Origin: Acidobacteriota bacterium
GTDB lineage: Bacteria > Acidobacteriota > Vicinamibacteria > Marinacidobacterales > Marinacidobacteraceae
Reading direction: 5' to 3'
NCBI GenBank assembly: GCA_022826195.1
Contig: JAJDVI010000017.1
Span: 3,673 to 67,672 of the forward strand
DNA: 64,000 nt
Shown here: positions 28,741 to 38,226 of the stretch, in pieces
Layout: the number at the start of each line of letters is the position of its first letter
Position numbering within the stretch: position 1 is the first letter of the stretch
Made by a program: the position numbers and the translations under genes
Notes under the pieces: generated by a model
Database searches by the model: none
Seen by the model: the letters and a program-made list of their open reading frames with translations, nothing else
Told to the model about the DNA's origin: nothing

Positions 28741-31700
28741 TCAGAAGCCGAGAAGCTGGTCGAGCGTCGCGAGGCGCCCGTTCGCGAGCACCGCGCGCAC
28801 CCGCCGCAGGTTCGTGATGTCGTCCAGTGGGTTGCCGTCGAGCAGCACCAGATCGGCAAGGGCGCCCGGCGCGACGATGCCGAGTTCCCCGGCCAGCCCC
28901 AACGCTTCCGCGGCCGTCACGGTGGCGGCCCGGAGCGCTCCGGCGGGCCCGAGGCCGGCCTCCGACAACTGCTCGATCTCGACGATGAACCCGAGTCCGT
29001 AGGGAACGATGGGCGTGTCCGTCCCGGCGACGATGCGGCCGCCGGCGTCGGCGATGGAGGTGACCGTTTCCCACATGGGACGCATCAGGGAAAGGCCGCG
29101 CTCGATCTGCGCCTCGCGGTCGTCCGCGGACTCCCGCGCCACGGTGAGCGAAGAGGCCAACCACGCGGGAAACGCCCGGATCCGGCGGTCGGAGGAGACC
29201 AGATCGGGTTCGCGGACCAGCGCCAGGTCCCAGCCGCCGTAGATGAGCATGGTGGGGGTGAAGAACACTCCCGACTCGGCGATCAGCGTGCGGACATCCC
29301 CGTAGGAGCGGCCGAGGTCGGTCATCTTCGGCGAAAAGCCGCGGCGCGAGGTGCCCTTGACGTGTTCGAGGCCGTTCACCCCGTAGCGGACCGCCGGATA
29401 CAGCTCGTGGGAGGTCACGAAGGCGCCGAAACGCTGGGCGCTGCGGATGGCGTCCCGCTGCGCCTCGTCGTCGAGCCGGACGTAGGTCTTGACGACGTCG
29501 AAATCGAGCTCCCGCGCGAGCCGCAGCAGCACGTCGCGTTCCTGCGGGCTCCCGAGCGCCGCGGCGCCGGGGTAGTAGATGCGGGTCCCGTCAAGCGTGC
29601 CGCCCGTCAGAAAGATCCGCGGACCCACGCGAAGACCGGCCAGCACGGACTCCCGTTCCGCGAGCGTCCGGTAGGTCGGCCCTGCGGGGATCCGGACCGA
29701 CGTCACCCCGTAGGCAAGATGCGCGCGCCCGAAGCGGTTCCCGAAGGCGGGCGCCATCGGATGGGTGTGCATCTCGATCAGCCCCGGGATCAGCGTGGCC
29801 CCCTCGCCGTTCACGACCCGCAGTTCCTCGGGGAGCGGGTCGCCGGCCGGGATCACCGAGACGATCCGGCCGGCCTCGATCAGGACGTCCTGACCGGGGA
29901 CGACCTCGCCCTGCTCCACGTCCAGGACCCCGACGTCGTGAATCAGCAGCGTGCCCGAGGGCGGCGCGAGCGGGAACTCGTGACGCAGCCGGATGGTCTC
30001 GGAGCCGCTGCCATCGGCCCGGATACGCACGACCTCCGTGCCCGAAACAGCCACGATCGCGGCCCCGTCCGGCGTCCAGGAGGGGAAGTCCACCGGCCCC
30101 TCGAAAACGATCTCGGGAGGCCCCGCGGGCGCGCCGGCCGCGTCGAGCGGCATCACGGCCAGGCCCCCGCCCACGGCGAAGGCGAGCCGGTTCCCGCCGG
30201 GGGAGAACACCGGTCCGTCGGAGTCGCGCGTGCCGAAGCTGGCCGCGGGCTCATCGAGGAACCGGGCCTCGCCGCTGCTCGCGGCAACGAGCGCGATCCG
30301 GTTCCGCCCCTCCCGGTAGCGGGAGGAATAGGGGACCAGGCTGGCGAGGGCAATGGTCTCGCCGTCGGCCGACCAGCTGGGCATGCCCGCGCCGCGCCGC
30401 GCGGTATAGATCGCCCGTTCCTCCTCCTCAGCGACCGGACCCGTGTCCAGGTCGCGGCTCGTCACGCGGAGGTTCCCCCGTTCGTCGAGCCAGGCGATCC
30501 GGGTTCCGTCGCGGGTTACCGCCGGACTCACCTCGGCTCCGAGCCGGGCCGTGAGCTGGGTGAGCCCCGCGCCGGGTCCCGAACCGAGCCGTTTCTCCCA
30601 GATGTCCATCGTCCCGCCGCGATCGCTCGCGAAGAGCACGCTCGCTCCGTCGGGCAACCACACCGGGTCGGTGTCGAGCCAGGTGTCGCGGGTCAGCGGC
30701 AGCGGAGCCTCCGAACCGTCGAGCGGGGCGGTCCAGATGTCCCCGAGGGCGGCATAGAGGAGCCGGGTCCCGTCCGGACTGACGCTCGGCCGGATGATGC
30801 CCCGGACCGGAAGCGCCTCGTCCGACTCGGTGCGGATCCTGCCGCGCCGCTCCGGAGGACGGCGGACGCCCAGCTCGGCGGACATCGGCACGGGTTGGGC
30901 GACCGCGGCGGCGCTCGCTCCCGCCTCGGCGCCCTCCGCGGGAATCCCCACGCCGAGCCGGCGGATTCCGCCGTCCCCGGTGTAGAGCAGGGTCTCGTCA
31001 TCCAGCCACTGGGGCCGGAAGGGGAACAGGTCCTCGCCCGCCCCGGCGAGGACCCGCGGCGCGGCGCGCTCCTCTTCTCCGGCCGGGTCGGATCCCTCGG
31101 TCGCCGCCGCGAGGGGCGCGAGCACCCACTCGCTCGCGGTGCCGATGTCGAAGCGGCTTCCCATCAGGGTGAGGCCTTCGTACTGGAGGCGCCGGAACAC
31201 CACCTGCGATCCGTCCGGACTCACCGCCGGAGCGGCGACGTTCCCTTCGCTTCCGGGCACGGCGGCGGAGGCGGCGCCGGCCTCCAGCGAGAGCCGCTGC
31301 ACCGCGCCGTCCGCCTCCCCCTCGGGAGTCGCCACGAAGACGACGGCCTCACCGTCCGGGGTCCAGGCCGGTTGGGACTCGTTGCCGAGGCTGCTCGTCG
31401 CCGGCGTCACCTCTCCGGTCGCCACGTCCAGAATCCAGATGTCGTAGCTCCCCCCACGGTCCGAGGAGAAGGCGATCCGGGTCCCGTCGGGAGACCAGGC
31501 CGGCTCGCGGTCGTCGAACCCGGTACTGGTGAGCTGCTCGGGCTCCCCCCCGAGGGCCAGTTGCCAGATGTCCCAGGTGCCAGCCCGGTACGACTGGTAC
31601 GCCACCCGGCCGCCCTCGGGATGAAAGTCGGGCAGCCGGTCGTCGCCGAGTCCGTCGGTGAGCGCCTCGGCGGAGCCGCCGGTCGCCGGCAGCATCCACA

Positions 31701-31863
31701 GGGTCCCCTGCAGGTCCATCACCAGTTGCTCGCCGTCCGGAGACGCCGCAACGGCGAAGTTCGTCCCCTCCGTCACCCGGACCATCCGCTCGGCGGTTTC
31801 CTGAGCCCCGGCGGCAAGGGCACCGGCGCCGATCAGCAGGGCGGCGAGTGAGAGGCCCCTCAT
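28741..31863 (-). CDS. Secreted TolB-like β-propeller fused to amidohydrolase-family domain
   Basis: 1040 aa. Signal peptide MRGLSLAALLIGAGALAAGAQ. Repeated PD40-type propeller blades (PAWSPDG, SDRGG..DIW). The C-terminal metal-dependent amidohydrolase has a HxH-like IEMHTHP motif and downstream His/Asp residues. Confidence 0.7.
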   Translation of the reverse strand: MRGLSLAALLIGAGALAAGAQETAERMVRVTEGTNFAVAASPDGEQLVMDLQGTLWMLPATGGSAEALTDGLGDDRLPDFHPEGGRVAYQSYRAGTWDIWQLALGGEPEQLTSTGFDDREPAWSPDGTRIAFSSDRGGSYDIWILDVATGEVTPATSSLGNESQPAWTPDGEAVVFVATPEGEADGAVQRLSLEAGAASAAVPGSEGNVAAPAVSPDGSQVVFRRLQYEGLTLMGSRFDIGTASEWVLAPLAAATEGSDPAGEEERAAPRVLAGAGEDLFPFRPQWLDDETLLYTGDGGIRRLGVGIPAEGAEAGASAAAVAQPVPMSAELGVRRPPERRGRIRTESDEALPVRGIIRPSVSPDGTRLLYAALGDIWTAPLDGSEAPLPLTRDTWLDTDPVWLPDGASVLFASDRGGTMDIWEKRLGSGPGAGLTQLTARLGAEVSPAVTRDGTRIAWLDERGNLRVTSRDLDTGPVAEEEERAIYTARRGAGMPSWSADGETIALASLVPYSSRYREGRNRIALVAASSGEARFLDEPAASFGTRDSDGPVFSPGGNRLAFAVGGGLAVMPLDAAGAPAGPPEIVFEGPVDFPSWTPDGAAIVAVSGTEVVRIRADGSGSETIRLRHEFPLAPPSGTLLIHDVGVLDVEQGEVVPGQDVLIEAGRIVSVIPAGDPLPEELRVVNGEGATLIPGLIEMHTHPMAPAFGNRFGRAHLAYGVTSVRIPAGPTYRTLAERESVLAGLRVGPRIFLTGGTLDGTRIYYPGAAALGSPQERDVLLRLARELDFDVVKTYVRLDDEAQRDAIRSAQRFGAFVTSHELYPAVRYGVNGLEHVKGTSRRGFSPKMTDLGRSYGDVRTLIAESGVFFTPTMLIYGGWDLALVREPDLVSSDRRIRAFPAWLASSLTVARESADDREAQIERGLSLMRPMWETVTSIADAGGRIVAGTDTPIVPYGLGFIVEIEQLSEAGLGPAGALRAATVTAAEALGLAGELGIVAPGALADLVLLDGNPLDDITNLRRVRAVLANGRLATLDQLLGF

Positions 31864-31927
31864 CGGTGGCGATCCTAGCAGCGTGCCGGCGCCGTCCCTC
31901 CGCCCGAACCCGTGCCGCCGGGAGCCT

Positions 31928-33139
31928 TCAACCAGGCGAGGTCCGCTGCAGCACTCCCTCCCTGACCAGTCGCCGAGCGAGAGTCAGCTTGCCGTCGGCA
32001 TCGAGGCAGTCGGGGAGATCCCGAACGGCGAACTCTCGGTCGGCCGTCACCGCGAAATGAAGCGCCGGCCACCCGCCGGCCGGGAGCCGGAGTTCCCGGC
32101 CGGCGAATCGCAGAAGGCAGACCTCGCCCTCGATCGCAGCGTCGGTCCGCAACCCCACTCGCCGCCGCAGTCGCGAACCGAGACTCAGCGGCTCCGGGTC
32201 CAACCGCTGGCTGAAGAGGTCGGTGAAGAGCGGTACGTCGCTCGCCAGAACCTCGTCCGTGAAGCGGCGCCACACGATCTCCGGGTCGAACCGCGACCGT
32301 ACCGAATCCAGCTTCTCCCCGAAGCGACGGTCTCGCTCCTCCGCGGAGAATCCCTCCCGAGCGAAGTCGCGAGGGAGATTCCGGCGCAGCGACTCGTCTT
32401 CAAGCGCCGCCGCGGAAACGCTCTCGACGAGGAACTCGGCCCAGGTGAACGCGGTGAGCCCGAGCGTGACGTGCAGCGACGGCTCGCCCGTCGAGCGGGC
32501 GGCGTGCATCAGACCGCGCGGAAGATAGACGGCGCTGCCCGGGCCGAGTTCGAACTCGTCGCCGCGTTCGCCGGGCGATGTGCCGCGCCGGAAGCGCTGG
32601 CCGCGGAGCGGCAGTTTCACCCTGGTGTCGAAGATGGACCAGCGCTTCGTACCGCTGATCTGCAGGACGAACACGTCGTGGGTGTCCCAGTGCGGGTTGA
32701 AGCCCTGCCCGTCCGGGGGCGTGAGATACACGTTCGTCTGGACCCGGGACGAGAAAGCGCGCCCCAGTCCGGCGCACAACCGGGCGAGCGTGGGGACGCG
32801 CCTTTGAAGCTGGTTGAAGATGACGGTCGCGCCGCCGTCGAAGAGCCTCGCGACCTCCAGCGGCTGGACCCTGCCGTTCTGCGTGTACTCGCGGCTGGCG
32901 ACATCGCCGTCACTCCGCACCAATTGAATGTCCCCCTGGCCGGCGGAGTGGGTCCCGAGCACGAGGTCGAGGTCCCCGAACGAGACGAGTTCTTCGTAGT
33001 AGGGCGACGGCTCGCGCCGGATGTGACAGAGCCGCCGCTCGTAGTAGTCGCGCTCGAACTCCGCGCTCGACAAGGGATCGATCAACCAGGCGTACCAATC
33101 CCGGCCGCCTGCGGTCCGTCGCGGGGAGTGGTCCGTCAT
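31928..33139 (-). CDS. JmjC/cupin-4 family Fe(II)/2-oxoglutarate-dependent oxygenase (YcfD/RoxA-like hydroxylase)
   Basis: 403 aa. It shows an HxD...H facial-triad arrangement (HWDTHDVFVLQISGTKRW ... LMHAARSTG) typical of bacterial JmjC-only hydroxylases. Family assignment from motif recollection. Confidence 0.55.
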   Translation of the reverse strand: MTDHSPRRTAGGRDWYAWLIDPLSSAEFERDYYERRLCHIRREPSPYYEELVSFGDLDLVLGTHSAGQGDIQLVRSDGDVASREYTQNGRVQPLEVARLFDGGATVIFNQLQRRVPTLARLCAGLGRAFSSRVQTNVYLTPPDGQGFNPHWDTHDVFVLQISGTKRWSIFDTRVKLPLRGQRFRRGTSPGERGDEFELGPGSAVYLPRGLMHAARSTGEPSLHVTLGLTAFTWAEFLVESVSAAALEDESLRRNLPRDFAREGFSAEERDRRFGEKLDSVRSRFDPEIVWRRFTDEVLASDVPLFTDLFSQRLDPEPLSLGSRLRRRVGLRTDAAIEGEVCLLRFAGRELRLPAGGWPALHFAVTADREFAVRDLPDCLDADGKLTLARRLVREGVLQRTSPG

Positions 33140-33250
33140 CAGGTGAGCGCCGCGCGGCGCGTGGAGGCCTCCCCTGCCGGGTTGACGAGTCTGGCAGGCA
33201 TGACTACGATGATGACACTCGATTTCATCTTACTCCCTGGGAGAGCCGCC

Positions 33251-33523
33251 ATGCGTAACCCGGAAACCCGGGAATCCGCCCCGCACGTCCTGGAACCGCC
33301 GTTGCCGCTCACCGACGCCGACATCACCTCGGCCCCGGTCGATCGCCGTTCCTATCTGCGCCGGGCGGTCGGGAGCGGCCCGCCGGTGGCGGGCTCCGCT
33401 TCGACCGATTCCGACGGCAGCGACGCCGCTCCGGCCGATTCCGACGGCGGTGACGCCATTCCGGCGGACTCCGACGGACCCGACTCCGATTCCGACGGTA
33501 CCGACCCGAGCGGCTACCGGTAG
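33251..33523 (+). CDS. Small acidic repeat protein (tandem DSDGxDAxPA repeats)
   Basis: 90-aa ORF with RBS GGGAGA upstream. It contains three or four ~30-36-bp tandem DNA repeats (gattccgacggc...) encoding STDSDGSDAAPADSDGGDAIPADSDGPDSDSDGTD. It is divergent from the JmjC gene. The frame lies inside a longer antisense ORF, so coding status is uncertain. An alternative ATG is at 33200. Confidence 0.3.
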   Translation: MRNPETRESAPHVLEPPLPLTDADITSAPVDRRSYLRRAVGSGPPVAGSASTDSDGSDAAPADSDGGDAIPADSDGPDSDSDGTDPSGYR

Positions 33524-33615
33524 CGGCGCCTCCGGAGGGTCGCCCGCTCCTCCGAAACGAGCCCCCCGTCCGCGGGCGAGCTGGCGCCGGCCTCCGCGCA
33601 TCGGAGGCTGGCTCG

Positions 33616-34863
33616 ATGCCTGAAGGCCGCATGAGCTCGCCGGGTATCGTTGCCGGCGGCATGATGTTCTTCCGCTGTCTCCTCCCCGGGACCAACGGTT
33701 GCCGTGCGGTCCTGCTCCTGCTCGCGGTCGGGTTCGCCGGTTGTGCGGCCACCCCGGATCCCGAGCCTCCTCCAACCATGGCGGAGGCGGCTGCCGCGGC
33801 CGCCGGCGAGATTCGCCGCGTCATCGAGGAGGACGGGCGCGGCGGCGCGGCGTTCGGCATCGTGGTGGCCGGGGAAACGGTCGTGGCCGAGGGATTCGGG
33901 TTCGCCGATACCGAGGGGCGGACGCCCGCCCGGCCCGACCACCTGTACCGGATCGGCTCCATCACCAAGCCGGTCACCGCGATGGCCATGCTGCGGCTCG
34001 TCCACCTGGAAAAGGCCCGGTTCGGCGACCCGGTGACCGCACTCGTCCCGGAGCTCGCGGAGGTCGAAAACCCCTACTCCTGGACGCCCGGCCCCAGCAT
34101 CTTCCAGCTCGCGACCATGACCGCCGGGCTGGCGAGGGAGCCCCGGAACCTGCCCCGCTACCTGGTGGGCGCTCCCGAGGACTGGCTCGACACCGCGCTC
34201 GGGGCGCTCGACGAGGTCTCGTTCGAATACGAACCCGGTACCCGCTACCAGTACTCCAACATCGGCTACGCGATGCTCGGCGCCGCCGTGGAGCGGGCCG
34301 CCGGCGAGCCCTTCATGGACCACGTCAGGGACAACCTCCTGGCTCCGCTCGGGATGGACTCGAGCACCTTCTTCCCCATCCCGCAGCTCGAAGCGCGGAT
34401 CGCCGAGGGGGTCACCGTGAGGGACGACGGCAGCCTCGACGCGGAGACGCCCGCGCGCGAACACGCGGGGCGCGGCTACAAGGTGCCGAACGGCGCGATG
34501 TATTCGACGGTCGAGGACCTGGGCGTGTTCCTGCGGTTCCTGACCGGGACGGAGGGAGAGCCGTTCGACGGGGTGATCCCCCGGGGTGTCCGGCAGGAGA
34601 ACCTCACGAAGGCGTTCGCCACCGGGGACCTGGCAAGCGGCTACGGGTTCGGGTTCATGGCCCGGCGCCTCGAAGATGCCGACGGCGCTTCGTTCACCGC
34701 CTACGGCCACGGGGGAAGCGTGGCCGGGTACCGGGCGGCGGCCTGGATCGAACCGGAGACCGAGGCCGCGGTGATCCTGCTCCGGAACGTGGGAGGCGAC
34801 GGGCTGAACCTGTCGGAGCTGTCGCTCGCGGCGCTCGCGGAGGTGGTGGCGGCGCTCCGCTGA
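33616..34863 (+). CDS. Serine hydrolase, β-lactamase-family (class C-related) lipoprotein
   Basis: SxxK active-site motif in YRIGSITKPVTAMAM. Lipoprotein-type signal (LLLLAVGFAGC). The true start may be the internal MMFF at ~33661. Confidence 0.7.
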   Translation: MPEGRMSSPGIVAGGMMFFRCLLPGTNGCRAVLLLLAVGFAGCAATPDPEPPPTMAEAAAAAAGEIRRVIEEDGRGGAAFGIVVAGETVVAEGFGFADTEGRTPARPDHLYRIGSITKPVTAMAMLRLVHLEKARFGDPVTALVPELAEVENPYSWTPGPSIFQLATMTAGLAREPRNLPRYLVGAPEDWLDTALGALDEVSFEYEPGTRYQYSNIGYAMLGAAVERAAGEPFMDHVRDNLLAPLGMDSSTFFPIPQLEARIAEGVTVRDDGSLDAETPAREHAGRGYKVPNGAMYSTVEDLGVFLRFLTGTEGEPFDGVIPRGVRQENLTKAFATGDLASGYGFGFMARRLEDADGASFTAYGHGGSVAGYRAAAWIEPETEAAVILLRNVGGDGLNLSELSLAALAEVVAALR

Positions 34864-34887
34864 GTACCGCGTCCGGGCTTCGCGGCC

Positions 34888-36111
34888 GTGCCCCGCCTCC
34901 CCCGAATCTCGCTGGCCTGGTGGATCCTCATCGGGATGGCCGGGGGCGTCGCCCTCGGCCTCGCGGCGCCGGACTGGGCCGGGCGCATCGAGTTCCTGAG
35001 CACCCTGTTCCTCCGGCTCATCCGCTCGATCATCGCGCCGGTGCTGGTGGGAGTGCTCATCCGGGCGATCGCGGGCGCCGGTTCGATGGGCGCGCTGGGG
35101 CGGCTGGGCTGGAAGTCCGTCGTCTGTTTCGAGATCGCCACCACCCTCGCCCTGCTGCTCGGCTGGTTCAGCGTGGCGGCGACCCGGCCCGGCGACGGAC
35201 TGTCCCTCGGCGGGGCGTCCGGGGTGGAGCTTCCGGAGCCGGCCGGGTTCGTGGAAGCGCTCCAAAACGCCGTCCCGACGAGCATCGTGGACGCCCTCGC
35301 GCGGGGCGACGTGCTGCAGATCGTGGTGTTCTGCTTTGTCTTCGGGATCGCGTGCCTCTCGGTGGGCAAGCGGGCCCGGCCGGTGGTGGACTTCGCGGAC
35401 GCGCTCGCGGAAGTCGCGTTCCGCTACACCGACTACGTGATGTACCTGGCGCCCCTGGCGGTGTTCGCAGCGGCAGCGAATGCGATCGCGGGGGGCGGGT
35501 CCGCCGGGCTCGAGGGCCTCGCCGAGTTCACGGCCGTCGCCTGGCTGGCGCAGGGGTTCTTCCTCCTGGTCGTGCTGGCGGGAGGCCTGCTCGCGTTCGG
35601 CATTCCGCTGCGGCGGTTCGCGCACCACATGCGCGAGCCGTTCCTGGTGGGCTTCGCAACGACCTCGAGCGCCGCCGCCCTGCCCCAGACGCTCGAGAAC
35701 CTGCAGCGGTTCGGGGTGCCGCGGCGGATCCTCGGAGTAGTGACTCCGCTCAGCCTGAGCCTCAACATGAACGGCAGCACGATCCACCTGGGGATGGCGA
35801 CCCTGTTCATCGCACAGGCCGCCGGGGTCGACCTCTCGTGGGAGCAGGCAGCGGTCATCCTGCTGACGCTGAAGGTGACGAGCAAGGGGGTGGCCGGGAT
35901 CCCGCGCGCCAACTTCGTGATCCTCGCCGCGGTGTTCGAGGGGCACGGCCTGCCGATGGAGGGGCTCGGCATCCTGCTCGGGATCGACGCGCTGATCGAT
36001 CCCATCCGCACGAGCACGAACGTCGCGAGCCACTGCGCCGCCCCGGCGGTGGTGGCGCGCTGGGAAGACCCCGGGTTCGCAAGGTCCAAGCGATCGGACG
36101 CGGCCGGCTGA
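34888..36111 (+). CDS. Dicarboxylate/amino acid:cation symporter (DAACS, GltP/DctA family)
   Basis: 407 aa polytopic protein. Conserved DAACS segments are present (RLIRSIIAPVLVGVL ... TSSAAALPQT ... GIPRANFVIL). Confidence 0.75.
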   Translation: MPRLPRISLAWWILIGMAGGVALGLAAPDWAGRIEFLSTLFLRLIRSIIAPVLVGVLIRAIAGAGSMGALGRLGWKSVVCFEIATTLALLLGWFSVAATRPGDGLSLGGASGVELPEPAGFVEALQNAVPTSIVDALARGDVLQIVVFCFVFGIACLSVGKRARPVVDFADALAEVAFRYTDYVMYLAPLAVFAAAANAIAGGGSAGLEGLAEFTAVAWLAQGFFLLVVLAGGLLAFGIPLRRFAHHMREPFLVGFATTSSAAALPQTLENLQRFGVPRRILGVVTPLSLSLNMNGSTIHLGMATLFIAQAAGVDLSWEQAAVILLTLKVTSKGVAGIPRANFVILAAVFEGHGLPMEGLGILLGIDALIDPIRTSTNVASHCAAPAVVARWEDPGFARSKRSDAAG

Positions 36112-36133
36112 CCCGTCCGCCCTCCCCGGGCGG

Positions 36134-37027
36134 TTACCGGGCGAGGAGGCGCCGGGCCTGGCGGAGGTGCAACTCTTCCAGCAGTTCGCCGTCGAGCTCG
36201 GCGACCGCGACCTCTCGGGCGGCGGCGTCTTCCATGACCCGGACCACGCGTTCCGCCCAGGCGCGCTCTTCCGCGGTCGGGGCGAAGGCCTCGTGGATGA
36301 CCGGTACCTGGGCCGGGTGAACGGCGGACTTGCCGTCGAAACCCAGCGCGGCGGCGGCGCGGGCGCTCCGGCGCAGCCCTTCCAGGTCGCGGAAGGCGAA
36401 CCACGGCGCGTCCCAGGCGCGGATTCCGGCGGCGCGCGACGCGAGCAGGATCCGCTGGCGAACGAAATCCAGATCGGATTCGTCGTCACCGGGCCGTGAA
36501 CCCACGCTGAGCCGATAGTCGGCGGAGCCGAATACCAGCCCTTCGACTCCCGGCAACCGGGCGAGATCGAAGACGTTGGCAGCGCCGGGCGCCGTCTCGA
36601 CCATCAGCCAGAGGGGCGTCGCCCGGCCAAGGACGTCTCGGGCTACGCGGACCGTCTCACCGGACTCGGCCTTGGGCAGGAGGACCGCGTCGAATCCAGC
36701 GGTTGCCGCGGCTTCCAGATCGGCCTGTCCGCCGGGGTCTTCCGGAGGGTTGGTCCTGAGCGCGACGGCCGCACCGGCGCGGGCCATGGTGGCCCGGGAC
36801 TCGTGAAGGCGTTCGCGGGCAGCGTCCTTGTGCGACCGATGGACGCCGTCCTCGAGGTCGAGCACCAGCACGTCGGCGCCCCGGGTCGCGGCCTTCGCGA
36901 CCATCCGCTCGCTGGACGCGGGGACGTAGAGGAGGGAGCGGCGCGGGTGGGACACCTGGCCGAGTATCCCATCCGGCCCTTCGATCCACGGGAACCGGTG
37001 CGTCGTGGCGTTCGTTGGGATAGGCAT
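36134..37027 (-). CDS. HpcH/HpaI aldolase / citrate-lyase β-subunit-like (CitE-family) lyase
   Basis: Motifs SLLYVPAS, DVLVLDLEDGV and GFDGKSAVHPAQV are typical of CitE/malyl-CoA-lyase-like enzymes. Start taken as ATG 37025-37027 (MPIPTNAT). Confidence 0.65.
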   Translation of the reverse strand: MPIPTNATTHRFPWIEGPDGILGQVSHPRRSLLYVPASSERMVAKAATRGADVLVLDLEDGVHRSHKDAARERLHESRATMARAGAAVALRTNPPEDPGGQADLEAAATAGFDAVLLPKAESGETVRVARDVLGRATPLWLMVETAPGAANVFDLARLPGVEGLVFGSADYRLSVGSRPGDDESDLDFVRQRILLASRAAGIRAWDAPWFAFRDLEGLRRSARAAAALGFDGKSAVHPAQVPVIHEAFAPTAEERAWAERVVRVMEDAAAREVAVAELDGELLEELHLRQARRLLAR

Positions 37028-37574
37028 GACGAAAGTTCTGCGCATCGCAACCCTGGCAACCGTCGCCCTCGCCCTGGTGGCCTTCCCCGCGCTTGGACAG
37101 GAAACGCCCTGGCTTCACGTCCAGGTCGAAGGCGACGACGACAACACCAAGGTCGAGGTGAACCTGCCGCTCGCCGCGGTGGAAGCCCTCGGCGACTCGC
37201 TTGGCGAGAAGATCCTCGACGAGATGGAGAAAGAGTGGGAACACGGGACCGACGTGGACGTGGACTCGGAGGACGCCCGCGCCTTCTGGCGTTCGCTCCG
37301 GGAGAACCCGGGGGCCTGGGTGACCATCGACGAGGAAGACGGCGGCAACCTCCGCGCGCGGATGGACGGCAACCTGGTCCGGATCGAGGGCAGCGGTGAC
37401 GACGGCGCCCTCGACATCCGGTTCCCGGTCGCCTTCGGGGACGCGCTCTTCGGCGAAGAAGGCGACGAGTTCGACCTCGGCGCGGCCATCGGCGCGCTCG
37501 CGGACCACGACGACGTCCTGGTCTCGGTGGGCGGGGAAGACGGCCGGGTCCGGGTCTGGATCGGGCCCCGCTAG
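37026..37574 (+). CDS. Secreted acidic hypothetical protein
   Basis: Signal peptide MTKVLRIATLATVALALVAFPALGQ. The protein is highly acidic. ATG 37026 overlaps the divergent citE-like start (shared CATG). Confidence 0.5.
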   Translation: MTKVLRIATLATVALALVAFPALGQETPWLHVQVEGDDDNTKVEVNLPLAAVEALGDSLGEKILDEMEKEWEHGTDVDVDSEDARAFWRSLRENPGAWVTIDEEDGGNLRARMDGNLVRIEGSGDDGALDIRFPVAFGDALFGEEGDEFDLGAAIGALADHDDVLVSVGGEDGRVRVWIGPR

Positions 37575-37580
37575 GCCGTC

Positions 37581-38144
37581 ATGCTCCGTCTGCTCGGACT
37601 CCTGTTCGCCGCGGCGCTGATCTCGGCGCTGCTGTTCGGCGCCTGCGTAGCGGCCTGCGGCGTCGCCATGGTGTCGGTGGTCGCCGACGGCGCACCGCAC
37701 ATCGTGGCGCCGGTCCCCTTGATGCTGCCCCTGGCCGCGCTCCATCTCGTCCCGGACCACCTGGTGCACGACGAGATGCATGAGGAAATGGATGCGCTGG
37801 GCGGAGCCGCGGTCCTGGCGCTCGGGCCGTTCGCGAGAGCCCTCGAGGCGGCGGGCGACGCCGAACTCGTCCGGGTCACCGACGGAGAGGATCAGGTCCT
37901 CATCGCGACCGAGGACGGCGATCTCGTCATCCGGGTTCGGGAGGGCGGCGATGCGGGAAATCGCGTCTTCCTGCGAACGCCGCTCGAGGTGCTCGAGGAC
38001 ATCGGGGACGCCTGCGAGGCGTCGGGCGACTCCGAAGTCCGCTGCCATCCCCTGGGGATGGCCCGGTCGCTTCTGACGGCCGCCCGCGGCACGGAGATCG
38101 AGGTCCGGGACGGCGACACCCGGGTGGACATCACGGTCTGGTAG
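37581..38144 (+). CDS. Hypothetical membrane-anchored/secreted protein (distant paralog of the preceding gene)
   Basis: Hydrophobic N-terminus MLRLLGLLFAAALISALLFGACVAACGVA. The acidic C-terminal half has a V-R-V/I-E-G-D pattern shared with the upstream protein. Confidence 0.45.
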   Translation: MLRLLGLLFAAALISALLFGACVAACGVAMVSVVADGAPHIVAPVPLMLPLAALHLVPDHLVHDEMHEEMDALGGAAVLALGPFARALEAAGDAELVRVTDGEDQVLIATEDGDLVIRVREGGDAGNRVFLRTPLEVLEDIGDACEASGDSEVRCHPLGMARSLLTAARGTEIEVRDGDTRVDITVW

Positions 38145-38226
38145 CGGTCTGGGAACGAGCGGCCGGTGCCATGCCGTATCTCACGGCGTGGCCTGTGAGA
38201 CAGTGAAACTGTGATCCCGTTATACT

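Noticed and set aside
28576-31851. 1091-aa plus-strand ORF
   Set aside because: Antisense to the TolB-propeller/amidohydrolase gene.
33514-36489. 991-aa minus-strand ORF and 873-aa plus ORF 33699..36320
   Set aside because: Both are alternative or antisense frames over the β-lactamase-family and DAACS transporter genes, which have clear family motifs (SxxK; symporter segments).
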